From a virus (taxonomy: Duplodnaviria > Caudoviricetes), in IMG/VR virus record IMGVR_UViG_2671180073_000002, positions 1,356 to 65,355 of that record: a DNA stretch of 64,000 bases; one strand, 5' to 3'. The translations under genes were made by a program, and so were the position numbers. This document shows, in pieces, positions 56,901 through 64,000 of this stretch. A model generated the notes under the pieces. The model was not told the origin of the DNA, searched no databases, and saw only the letters and a list, made by a program, of their open reading frames with translations. Every line of letters starts with the position of its first letter. Position 1 is the stretch's first letter.

Positions 56901-59900
56901 TCAATGAAATATTCCGGTTCTCAATTAACCCAGTTACTGGGGAAATATCACGAAGCCTTTGGTCCTTTGCCGGAGGGCGTCCACCGTTGGGCAGCGAACA
57001 CGGGGCAAGTGGACAGGATGTATCTGGGAATGGAGGAATCTCTCAAAGTGGGCAAAGAGCCGAACTGGGAAGACTACGTAAATCTATCTGGCGTGTCTTC
57101 AAGGCCGACCCCTTGGGAGGAAAGGTCTCTTTCAGTCGCGTAGATACAAGGTCATTCAAATCTCGCCTGCAGGCGTATAAGGAAAAGAGCGCGAGGAAAA
57201 GCGAATCTCCGAAGTTCAGCCGCGATGCAGCTCAAATAGCAGAAACCCGTAATCGACTAAAAGCAGCATCCGCTAAATCCAAACAGGCCGCCAAACAAGG
57301 TGGCCTTTCTGTTTCTGACGTCAAGAAATTCATTGAGCCCTTGCAACAAGCCGGGTTCAAGAAGATCAATATTGCCGCTACTCAGAATGATCTCCCTCAG
57401 AAAATAAAGGAACAGATCAAGTCTCAGAAAGCAGGAGGCGTGCGCGGGGTTTATCTCCCGACAACGGATGAAATCTGGCTGGTTGCCGATCAGCTAAATG
57501 ATGCGTTTGAAGTGGCTATGGTTACCATGCATGAGGCGCGTCACCGGGGCCTGAGAAAGATGTTCGGTGCGGACGTTGATCCGATCATGCGGCAAATATA
57601 CGCCACGAATAAGCGCGTGCGCGATGCCGCCGATAGGATGATGAAAGCACATGCTGGCATGTCCAAGGAAACGGCTGTCGAGGAAGTTCTCGCCGATATG
57701 TCCATTGACAGGGTGAGGGCGCTCAACGGATGGAAGAAGCTCGTGCGCTTCATTCAGCAGTGGATCTCGGAAAAGTTCGACATTACATTTACTGATGCCA
57801 TGGTAGAGCAATTGGTGGCCGGGGCGGAAGTTGTGGGCATGGCGGAGAACGAGGTATCGCTGTTCGATGAGAAACAGGCGGAGGTTTATAGGGATGCGTC
57901 GGATGGCACGATGTTCAGCCGCATGCCACCCCAGCCCGGCGGCAACGCATCATGGGACGCGCCAGAGCCCTCAAAGCTCGATAACCTAATCTACTCACTC
58001 CAGAATAAACATATCGACATGAAGCGCGTTATGGAGTCCGTGCGTGAGTCTGGACAGCAACTCGCCGAGAAGTTTGACGCCTATTTGCAAGAAGAGCTAT
58101 TCCATGGAAGATCGGCGAAGCGCACCAAGGATTTCGTAAACAGCGAACTCAAGCCGCTCATCGCCGGGCTGAAGCTGCGCGGCCTGTCGATCGATGAACT
58201 GGATAAGTACCTGCACGCTCGGCACGCGCAAGAGGCTAACGCGCTTATCGCTCAACGTGACCCCAATATGCCCGACGGCGGCTCGGGCATGACGAATCAG
58301 GAGGCCAGGGATTACTTTGCCAATCTGCCAGCCGATAAGAAACGTAAGCTCGAGCAGACCGCGAAGAAGGTCGATGACATCATTTCCCAGACCCGCGACC
58401 TGTACGTTTCCTATGGGCTCATCAGCCAGGCAGAGGCCGATAGCTGGGCGCAGATGTTCAAGTTTTATGTGCCGCTCATGCGCGAGGATAAAGATGGCGG
58501 CATGGGTATCGGGCAGGGCTTTTCCATTAAAGGGAAAGAGGCAAAGCATCGGACCGGTTCGAAACGTGCCGTGGTTGATATTCTGGCCAACATCGCTTTG
58601 CAGCGTGAGAGGGCGATTGTGCGCGGGGAAAAGAACAGGGTTGCCGTTTCGCTCTACGGGTTGGCGAAACTGAATCCGAATGATGAATTCTGGACCACAG
58701 AAAACGTTCCCCAGCGTCATTACGACGAAAAGACCGGGCAGGTGGTTGAGCGCGCCGACCCTCGATATAAAGAACGAGCGAATGTAGTGGTATCCAAGAT
58801 TGTCGATAGCAAGGGGCGGGTAACTGAGCGAGCCGTGATCTTCAACGAGAACGACGAACGAGCTATGCGCATGGCCCAGGCAATCAAGAATCTGGATGCT
58901 TCGCAGCTCGAGGGGCTGATGGGCGTATCTGCCAAGGTCACGCGCTACTTTGCCGCGATCAACACTCAGTACAATCCGGTCTTTGGTATCGTTAACCTGA
59001 CGCGCGACTTGCAGGCTTCTTTGCTCAATCTTTCGTCTACGCCTATCGCCGGACACAAGGCTGCGGTGCTCGGCAATATCCTCCCGGCCATTCGCGCTAT
59101 TTATGCATCCTCCCGGGGCGAACGCAAAGGCAATCAGTCAACGTCTACCATGGCCGCCCTATGGGATGAGATGCAGAAAGAAGGCGGCATGACCGGTTAC
59201 CGCGACCTGTTCAAAACCAGCGAGGATCGGGCAAATGCAATCAAGCGCGAACTGGATCCGACTGCCTGGATGAATAGCGGTTTGGGAAAGATATTTACCG
59301 CCGGCGGGGCCCTGAAAGTTCCGCTGGCCATCGCTCAGAAGCGGGCAGGGTGGTTGTTCGACTGGCTATCTGATTACAACCAAACGCTGGAAGGGGCAAT
59401 GCGGCTGTCGGTTTATAAGGTAGCGATCGATAAAGGCTTGAGCAAGGCGCGGGCGGCGAGCATTGCAAAAAATATTTCAGTTAATTTCAATCGGAAAGGC
59501 TCTTCTGGCCAGCAAGCCGGGGCCTTGTATGCATTCTTCAATGCTGCCATGCAAGGAACCGCGCGCATCGGCGAGACCATGACGACCATGGAAAAAGGGG
59601 ATATTAAAACATTCCGCTTCAATAAGGCCGGGAAGCAAATCATCGCTGGTGGGATCACGCTCGGCGCGGTTCAAGCGCTTGCACTCGCTGCCGCTGGATT
59701 CGATGATGACGAGCCGCCTGAGTTCGTGCGCGAGCGCAGCCTGATCATTCCGATAGGTGACAAGAAGTATGTAACCATTCCAATGCCGCTCGGCTTTCAC
59801 GCTATCCCGAACATAGGGCGCATTAGTACCGAGTTTGCCATGGGCGGTTTCAAGAAGCCGGCAGACCATACTATGCGACTCGCCGCGGTATTCGCTGAAG

Positions 59901-60622
59901 CGTTCAATCCAATCGGTAGCGCGGGATTCTCTATTCAGACCATCGCGCCTACCGCGATCGATTCGCTTGTCGCACTATCCGAAAACAAGGATTGGACCGG
60001 GAAGCCGATAGCCAAGGAGGATTTCAACAAGCTATCCCCGACACCCGGATTTTCTCGAAACAAAAATACCGCCAGCGATCCGGCAAAATGGATAGCGGAA
60101 GCGATCAATACTATCTCCGGCGGAAATAAGTATGTACCGGGTGTATTCAGTCCAACTGCAGATCAAATTGATTATCTTGCTGGGCAGGTAACCGGTGGAG
60201 TAGGGCGCGAATCAGGGAAGGCGCAGCAATCGGTTGCGGCTGTGCTGACCGGTGAGGATTTGCCGCCGCACAAGATCCCGCTGGTCGGGCGCTTCTATGG
60301 GAACAGTGAAAACTCATCTAGCCAAGGCAACGCCTTCTACTCCAACCTTAAACGAATCAATGAACTAGAAGCTGAACTTAAAGGAAGGCGGAAGGATCGT
60401 TTGCCGATCGATGAGTTTAAAGCCGAGAATCCGGAGCATCGGCTTGTTGTGCGCGCCAATCTGATCGAGCGACTGGTATCCAAGCAGCGAAAGATGAAAT
60501 CGGAACTGATTGAGAAAGACGCGCCCAATGAACAAGTGAAAGCCGTTGAGGAACGCATTACGAAGCTCATGACGGGCTTTAACGTTCGAGTAAAGGAGTT
60601 ACGACAAGAGGCCCGCCAGTAG
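53939..60622 (+). CDS. Large ejection/polyvalent protein (metallopeptidase-like HExxH, LPD38-like C-terminus)
   Basis: EGAEEL.Q, HEARH, VNFNRKG, FFNAAMQG, ENKDWTG.PI. Confidence 0.85.
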   Translation: MPEGLDEFSNLFAKKYGGAGNSAIRTEDETADLGGFFSSKYGAPAEPEKPAIPNEQGGFIASAKRAAGAGIKGAGQAAADFIPGVGQDNALKRAGQGIIDANPTAVNSLEDIADKPGTAVAEATGNAASSMAGIVGARAVGQGITALSPLAGPAAPLVAAAGQVVSWLGPAAIAALPSFGGIRDKQILADPDNQDSAKSKAVAALGAATVGAIESRFGPQNWALAAMTKEGRAKLAEKFAATTLKGSIGKGIVKGAAIEGAEELVQNPVEQLASFENPTTPENIDETLFGGAMGAIGGGVLGGGTGAVFRRQENAEHVKTILGKPVTEVSDGVLKYTSNRGGERAKAAAQTELNRRATEGVDPSVADAPESASEAVDRIISTGRDKADEIRETRQAASDAIQDGVFDEPSHVNDAINMVDAPTPERIETLNAQMDALAEGRKPGVLLTPGEPMPHSLPEGVQAAEIPGRGTLLYRDDATLQAALDNRMGEALGYGIDEKPGTDQVVTARDANGTVIQDVATDGRPEVEQAAAGVAGEHGSVEVRPVGEAMAERAANSREFDGIKTQADVVIPTSNKNQSVTTDTGIPVTQAIGPARETRPTQQPSIEDKSREAQSPAGNESVSEEAGAVQPAKKALKPKKKEIRANLEDHFRPGNIIRNSYWRNHERVLSFNQSDNNWSVTVQTVKKDAAGNWVNTEAPRTHRTFPSFDKDIVVERHPVIHPEPGSADSSSEINAQESHPIRAHLESLIKRRAPAKQGGKDLSKAIERAKEVMEGKREASTVEHRYFRLHAKAFEKADMESAKILRKIAEAVKPKALETQAASSSFERFAALGHEIGTAKQALADAEEITGLRLGLQIAYVKLRAGNPARFVPESRTLEVSRDWKYPRSEGAQYLAEELFHAVDVLSGDRTLSASSKRLDLKTGDIAQEVISHYDDKSAYTEFLSYPLGDNSLSDSVKKAELFARLAVLYFGEPARMQRYLPTAYGAFNEIFRFSINPVTGEISRSLWSFAGGRPPLGSEHGASGQDVSGNGGISQSGQRAELGRLRKSIWRVFKADPLGGKVSFSRVDTRSFKSRLQAYKEKSARKSESPKFSRDAAQIAETRNRLKAASAKSKQAAKQGGLSVSDVKKFIEPLQQAGFKKINIAATQNDLPQKIKEQIKSQKAGGVRGVYLPTTDEIWLVADQLNDAFEVAMVTMHEARHRGLRKMFGADVDPIMRQIYATNKRVRDAADRMMKAHAGMSKETAVEEVLADMSIDRVRALNGWKKLVRFIQQWISEKFDITFTDAMVEQLVAGAEVVGMAENEVSLFDEKQAEVYRDASDGTMFSRMPPQPGGNASWDAPEPSKLDNLIYSLQNKHIDMKRVMESVRESGQQLAEKFDAYLQEELFHGRSAKRTKDFVNSELKPLIAGLKLRGLSIDELDKYLHARHAQEANALIAQRDPNMPDGGSGMTNQEARDYFANLPADKKRKLEQTAKKVDDIISQTRDLYVSYGLISQAEADSWAQMFKFYVPLMREDKDGGMGIGQGFSIKGKEAKHRTGSKRAVVDILANIALQRERAIVRGEKNRVAVSLYGLAKLNPNDEFWTTENVPQRHYDEKTGQVVERADPRYKERANVVVSKIVDSKGRVTERAVIFNENDERAMRMAQAIKNLDASQLEGLMGVSAKVTRYFAAINTQYNPVFGIVNLTRDLQASLLNLSSTPIAGHKAAVLGNILPAIRAIYASSRGERKGNQSTSTMAALWDEMQKEGGMTGYRDLFKTSEDRANAIKRELDPTAWMNSGLGKIFTAGGALKVPLAIAQKRAGWLFDWLSDYNQTLEGAMRLSVYKVAIDKGLSKARAASIAKNISVNFNRKGSSGQQAGALYAFFNAAMQGTARIGETMTTMEKGDIKTFRFNKAGKQIIAGGITLGAVQALALAAAGFDDDEPPEFVRERSLIIPIGDKKYVTIPMPLGFHAIPNIGRISTEFAMGGFKKPADHTMRLAAVFAEAFNPIGSAGFSIQTIAPTAIDSLVALSENKDWTGKPIAKEDFNKLSPTPGFSRNKNTASDPAKWIAEAINTISGGNKYVPGVFSPTADQIDYLAGQVTGGVGRESGKAQQSVAAVLTGEDLPPHKIPLVGRFYGNSENSSSQGNAFYSNLKRINELEAELKGRRKDRLPIDEFKAENPEHRLVVRANLIERLVSKQRKMKSELIEKDAPNEQVKAVEERITKLMTGFNVRVKELRQEARQ
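56904..57143 (+). CDS. Candidate overprinted 79-aa gene inside the large ejection gene
   Basis: GGAG RBS; protein-like sequence over a Gly/Ser-rich linker of the main frame. Confidence 0.45.
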   Translation: MKYSGSQLTQLLGKYHEAFGPLPEGVHRWAANTGQVDRMYLGMEESLKVGKEPNWEDYVNLSGVSSRPTPWEERSLSVA

Positions 60623-60745
60623 CGTATAGATGACCGATAGCCCCATGCCGAACCATGTCAGCGCCAACAGTATCTGCATGAACTGGTGCGGGGCTATCGC
60701 TACCAGGGCGAGGAATGCGATGAAGAAGAGGATGAGCAGGGCCAT
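60599..60745 (-). CDS. 48-aa two-TM membrane protein (not in ORF track)
   Basis: MALLILFFIAFLALVAIAPHQFMQILLALTWFGMGLSVIYTLLAGLLS. Confidence 0.5.
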   Translation of the reverse strand: MALLILFFIAFLALVAIAPHQFMQILLALTWFGMGLSVIYTLLAGLLS

Positions 60746-60764
60746 CTGAGAAGGCGTTCTAATT

Positions 60765-60786
60765 CCCTCGAAATTCGAGGGTTTTT
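60765..60786 (+). terminator. Terminator at the end of the late operon
   Basis: CCCTCGAA-A-TTCGAGGG-T5. Confidence 0.6.
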
Positions 60787-60858
60787 AACAGAGAAAATAA
60801 GGAAGTCGGTGCATTTTCTGGGCAGTAATCGCTGAAACCCGCATGGATACTCGTTCTA

Positions 60859-60904
60859 CGAGGGATTTTAAGTCCCTTGTGTCTACCAATTTCACCATCC
60901 GGGC
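60859..60904 (-). pseudogene. 5' half of tRNA-Leu(TAA) = attR core
   Basis: GCCCGGATGGTGAAATTGGTAGACACAAGGGACTTAAAATCCCTCG; no T-arm or acceptor 3' strand follows. Confidence 0.85.
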
Positions 60905-61396
60905 AATAGATTTTATTCATTATTTCCAGACAAAGTTTGATTGAACTTTCCCCCTGCGTTCCCGCTATATGACGATACAAAAGGAAAGCCTTCAACTGAA
61001 AACGCGTTTGATTTTATCACACCCAAAAATCATTGTATTGCCTAGGTTTGCTTCACTTTGTCGCTTACCTTGTTCCCACCTCGATAGCAATAGCAGCTCC
61101 TGCTCCGCCGTTCAGCTTGCAAGTCAGCATTATCTCTATCCCCCTTAGCTCGGCAGGTGTACCAAAGTCCAATAGTCATTATCTTCGAAGTACGTAAGAT
61201 GAGGCTTCGCAAAAGCGTGGCAGACTGGCTGGATGGTCCCTCTCGCTGAAAATGGGAGGCGTATTTCAATGCTATTGAATTCTATTCAAGGGATCCATTC
61301 ATGCTTTGGAGATGTGACCTGGTGTCAAGATGGGCAAAACGACCGGGTTTCCCATTCGCGTTCAGCCCGACCGTTTGTCTCCTGCAGGACGAATAA

Positions 61397-64000
61397 ATGC
61401 GTGGGCCCCGTATTCAAAAATCATCTGAATCATCTGATTCCTTACCTTTGCCTTTAAACCGTTGCCTGGCAAAGTCACGAAAAACGGATGAAGGCGCCAT
61501 ATTACCCGGAAGGCTGGTGCTGAGCCATTGCAACATCGTGGGTGAAGTGGCGCGGGCGATGATGATGCGAATGCCGAATTGGTTGCGGGCGGAATTGTTT
61601 CCAGATGGCGCTGAATTGATCGCTGCTGCCCATGATATCGGAAAGGTCAGCCCGACTTTTCAGAAGAAAATTTATTCCGCGCTTTCTCGAAAAGATGATG
61701 CCGTGCTTTCATCGGTGAAGGCGCATAACGCTGAGGCCGAGAAATGCTGGGGAGGGCACGGCGGCGTCAGCCAAGCGACAGCGGAAGCTCGGAACGTTGG
61801 AAAATATATTCCGGAAATCCTGGGCCAGCATCATGGATTTTCGCCAAATTTAGCTGCTTACCAAGCTGTCAGCGAAGTATTTGGCGGCGAGTCCTGGCAA
61901 GCGCAACGCATCGAATTGCTGGCGCAACTCAAACAGACACTGAATACCAATTTTCCTATCGTGAAGGATGCGTTGCAGGCGCGCGTGCTCGCCGGGCTCA
62001 CCACGGTCTCCGACTGGATCGGATCAGGCTCGCTATTTGAAGACCCCGACGGCGATTGGCGGCTCAAAATCGAACAAGCATTGGATTCCGCCGGATTTAT
62101 GCAGCCACAGCTGAAATCCGGTTCAAGTTTCCTCGAAGTATTCGGCTTTGCACCTAAAGCCGCTCAAATCAGGCTGATCGAGGCGGCGGATCAGCCTGGC
62201 GTGTATGTGCTCGAAGCCCCGATGGGATTGGGAAAAACCGAGGCTGCCCTGTATGCGGCTTATCAATTACTGCAAAAAAAACTGGCCACGGGCATTTATT
62301 TCGCGCTGCCTACCCAACTTACTTCGGACAAAATCCATGAGCGGGTCAATGCATTCCTGGGCCAAATTCTGGAGGACGACTCGCCTCATAAGCAGGCCTT
62401 GCTGGTCCACGGCAACGCATGGCTGAAGCAGTTCGAAATGGGCGAGGAGGGTAACCCCGGCGGCGCTTGGTTTGCGCAAGGAAAGCGTGGCATTCTGGCG
62501 CCATTTGCCGTGGGTACGGTTGACCAGGCCCTCATGGCGGTGATGAATGTCAAACACGGCTTTGTCCGCACCTTCGGCTTGGCAGGCAAAGTGGTGATAC
62601 TGGATGAAGTGCATTCATACGACAGCTTTACCGGCACGATTCTGGATGCGCTCGTTAGAGCGCTGCGCCAACTGGGATGCACCGTCATTATCCTGAGCGC
62701 CACGCTGACGCAGGAGCGCAGGGCCAAATTGCTGGGCATCGCGCCACAGGGTAATGCTTGCCCTCTGAGTCCTTACCCTTTGATTACCGCACAGCCTAAG
62801 GATGGTGGTTTCACAGAAATATCCGTGGAACGAATTCCCGATATTTCAGTAACCATTGCTCATCGCTTCGAAACCGACGCTATTGATGAGGTTTTGCGTC
62901 GGGCTGAAGAAGGCCAGCAAGTACTGTGGATAGAAAACACCGTAAAGGAGGCGCAGGATCTCTACCGGAAGCTCGCCGCACGCACCAGTGGAATGGAGGT
63001 GAAGTGCGGCCTGTTGCATTCGCGCTTTACCAAAACCGATCGGGCCGCCAATGAAGATGCATGGGTTAACTGTTTTGGCAAAGGCGGTGCCGAGGCCCGC
63101 ACACGGCAGGGGCGCATTCTCGTCGGCACGCAAGTGCTCGAACAATCTCTGGATATCGACGTCGATTTCCTGGTTACCCGTATCGCCCCTACCGACATGC
63201 TTCTGCAAAGGCTGGGGCGTTTATGGCGACACATGGAAACCCGGCGCCCATACGGCGCCCAGTGCGAGGCTTGGATACTCTCGCCCGATCTGGCAGAGGC
63301 AATCATATCCCCCGAACTGGCATTTGGCGCGACGTCGAAGATTTACGCACCATATGTGCTTTGCCGCAGCCTGGCAGTCTGGCAGGGCATTAATCAAGTT
63401 CGTTTGCCAAGCCAGATTCGCGAGCTGATCGAAGCGACCTATGCCGCGCAAGAGGAGGGCGAGCATATGGCCCGGCACCTGCACCAGGTGGAGGTCATGC
63501 GAGCCCGGCTTGAACGCCTGGCGTTGCATGGGCTATCGAAAGGCGGCACCACGCAGCCGGAAGAAAAAGCCCAAACGCGCCACAGCGACTTGGAATCCAC
63601 TGAAGTGCTCCTGATTCGCACCTATCAGCACGACCCGCTAACGAAAGGGACATGGGTTACCTTGCTGGATAACGAGAGGCTATGGGTCCCGCATAATGGA
63701 CGTTCCCTCAAGCGCAAGCAATGGCACGAGATCAGCGCAATGCTGATGCAAAACACATTGAAAGTCGCTGATTATCTCGCTCCGGACGTCGTTAATAAAA
63801 CACGGATCAACTGGCTCGGCGATTATTTTTACCTGGGGAGGCCCGAATATGAAGAAAGCGTCATGCTGCGCGTGGCACTGGTTGATGAAAGCGGAGCGGT
63901 CAAATCGCTCGACAACAGTTTGGCGAACAGCAGCTACCGTATCCACTATGACTCATTGATCGGCTATCAAACCATAAAAAAGGAAGGAGCAAAAATATGA
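61397..64000 (+). CDS. cas3: CRISPR-associated helicase/nuclease Cas3 (probably type I-E)
   Basis: HDIGK, HHG, SDWIGS HD domain; APMGLGKTE, DEVH, SAT, QRLGRLWRH. Confidence 0.96.
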   Translation: MRGPRIQKSSESSDSLPLPLNRCLAKSRKTDEGAILPGRLVLSHCNIVGEVARAMMMRMPNWLRAELFPDGAELIAAAHDIGKVSPTFQKKIYSALSRKDDAVLSSVKAHNAEAEKCWGGHGGVSQATAEARNVGKYIPEILGQHHGFSPNLAAYQAVSEVFGGESWQAQRIELLAQLKQTLNTNFPIVKDALQARVLAGLTTVSDWIGSGSLFEDPDGDWRLKIEQALDSAGFMQPQLKSGSSFLEVFGFAPKAAQIRLIEAADQPGVYVLEAPMGLGKTEAALYAAYQLLQKKLATGIYFALPTQLTSDKIHERVNAFLGQILEDDSPHKQALLVHGNAWLKQFEMGEEGNPGGAWFAQGKRGILAPFAVGTVDQALMAVMNVKHGFVRTFGLAGKVVILDEVHSYDSFTGTILDALVRALRQLGCTVIILSATLTQERRAKLLGIAPQGNACPLSPYPLITAQPKDGGFTEISVERIPDISVTIAHRFETDAIDEVLRRAEEGQQVLWIENTVKEAQDLYRKLAARTSGMEVKCGLLHSRFTKTDRAANEDAWVNCFGKGGAEARTRQGRILVGTQVLEQSLDIDVDFLVTRIAPTDMLLQRLGRLWRHMETRRPYGAQCEAWILSPDLAEAIISPELAFGATSKIYAPYVLCRSLAVWQGINQVRLPSQIRELIEATYAAQEEGEHMARHLHQVEVMRARLERLALHGLSKGGTTQPEEKAQTRHSDLESTEVLLIRTYQHDPLTKGTWVTLLDNERLWVPHNGRSLKRKQWHEISAMLMQNTLKVADYLAPDVVNKTRINWLGDYFYLGRPEYEESVMLRVALVDESGAVKSLDNSLANSSYRIHYDSLIGYQTIKKEGAKI

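Larger units (their letters stand above)
1..60904. mobile_element. Temperate podovirus-like prophage integrated at tRNA-Leu(TAA); attL lies just left of the window
   Basis: Continuous integrase-to-ejection-protein gene order ending at a tRNA-Leu 5' fragment; host cas3 beyond. Confidence 0.95.

Noticed and set aside
58097-59056. Long antisense ORFs (also 3782..4567, 8048..8794, 9414..10109, 18681..19523, 35372..36049)
   Set aside because: Shadows of well-supported genes on the opposite strand; no RBS or recognisable motifs.
60820-60904. Intact tRNA-Leu
   Set aside because: No proper T-arm or 3' acceptor strand complementary to GCCCGGA follows the anticodon arm.
60905-64000. CRISPR array near cas3
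   Set aside because: No repeat-spacer periodicity is visible; any array and the Cascade genes must lie beyond the window.

Overview
Positions 1 to ~60.9 kb are an essentially complete temperate podovirus-type prophage with lambdoid control logic. Its order is int/xis, nucleotide-metabolism and recombination genes, immunity region (cI/cro, OL/OR), replication with two DNA methyltransferase loci, Q-like antiterminator, spanins, TerS/TerL, portal, scaffold, N4-gp56-type capsid, tail, holins/SAR endolysin, a c4-RNA-controlled antirepressor and three ejection proteins. The right junction is a 5' half of tRNA-Leu(TAA). Beyond it lies a host cas3 gene (probably type I-E) that ends at the last base. 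The host is probably a betaproteobacterium (inference from SSB style). The most unusual signals are: (1) two signal-peptide morons carrying pieces of the phage's own virion-interior proteins (a 66-aa scaffold segment about 68% identical, and the N-terminal FxxKYG motif of the large ejection protein), suggesting a decoy-type superinfection-exclusion system; (2) an RNA-device-rich pL leader with a hammerhead core, a Proteo-phage-1-like RNA and twin hairpins; (3) Tad1-like and Gp49/Acb4-like candidate nucleotide sponges; (4) two overprinted genes with their own RBS. All family calls come from motif recognition by eye; no searches were run.
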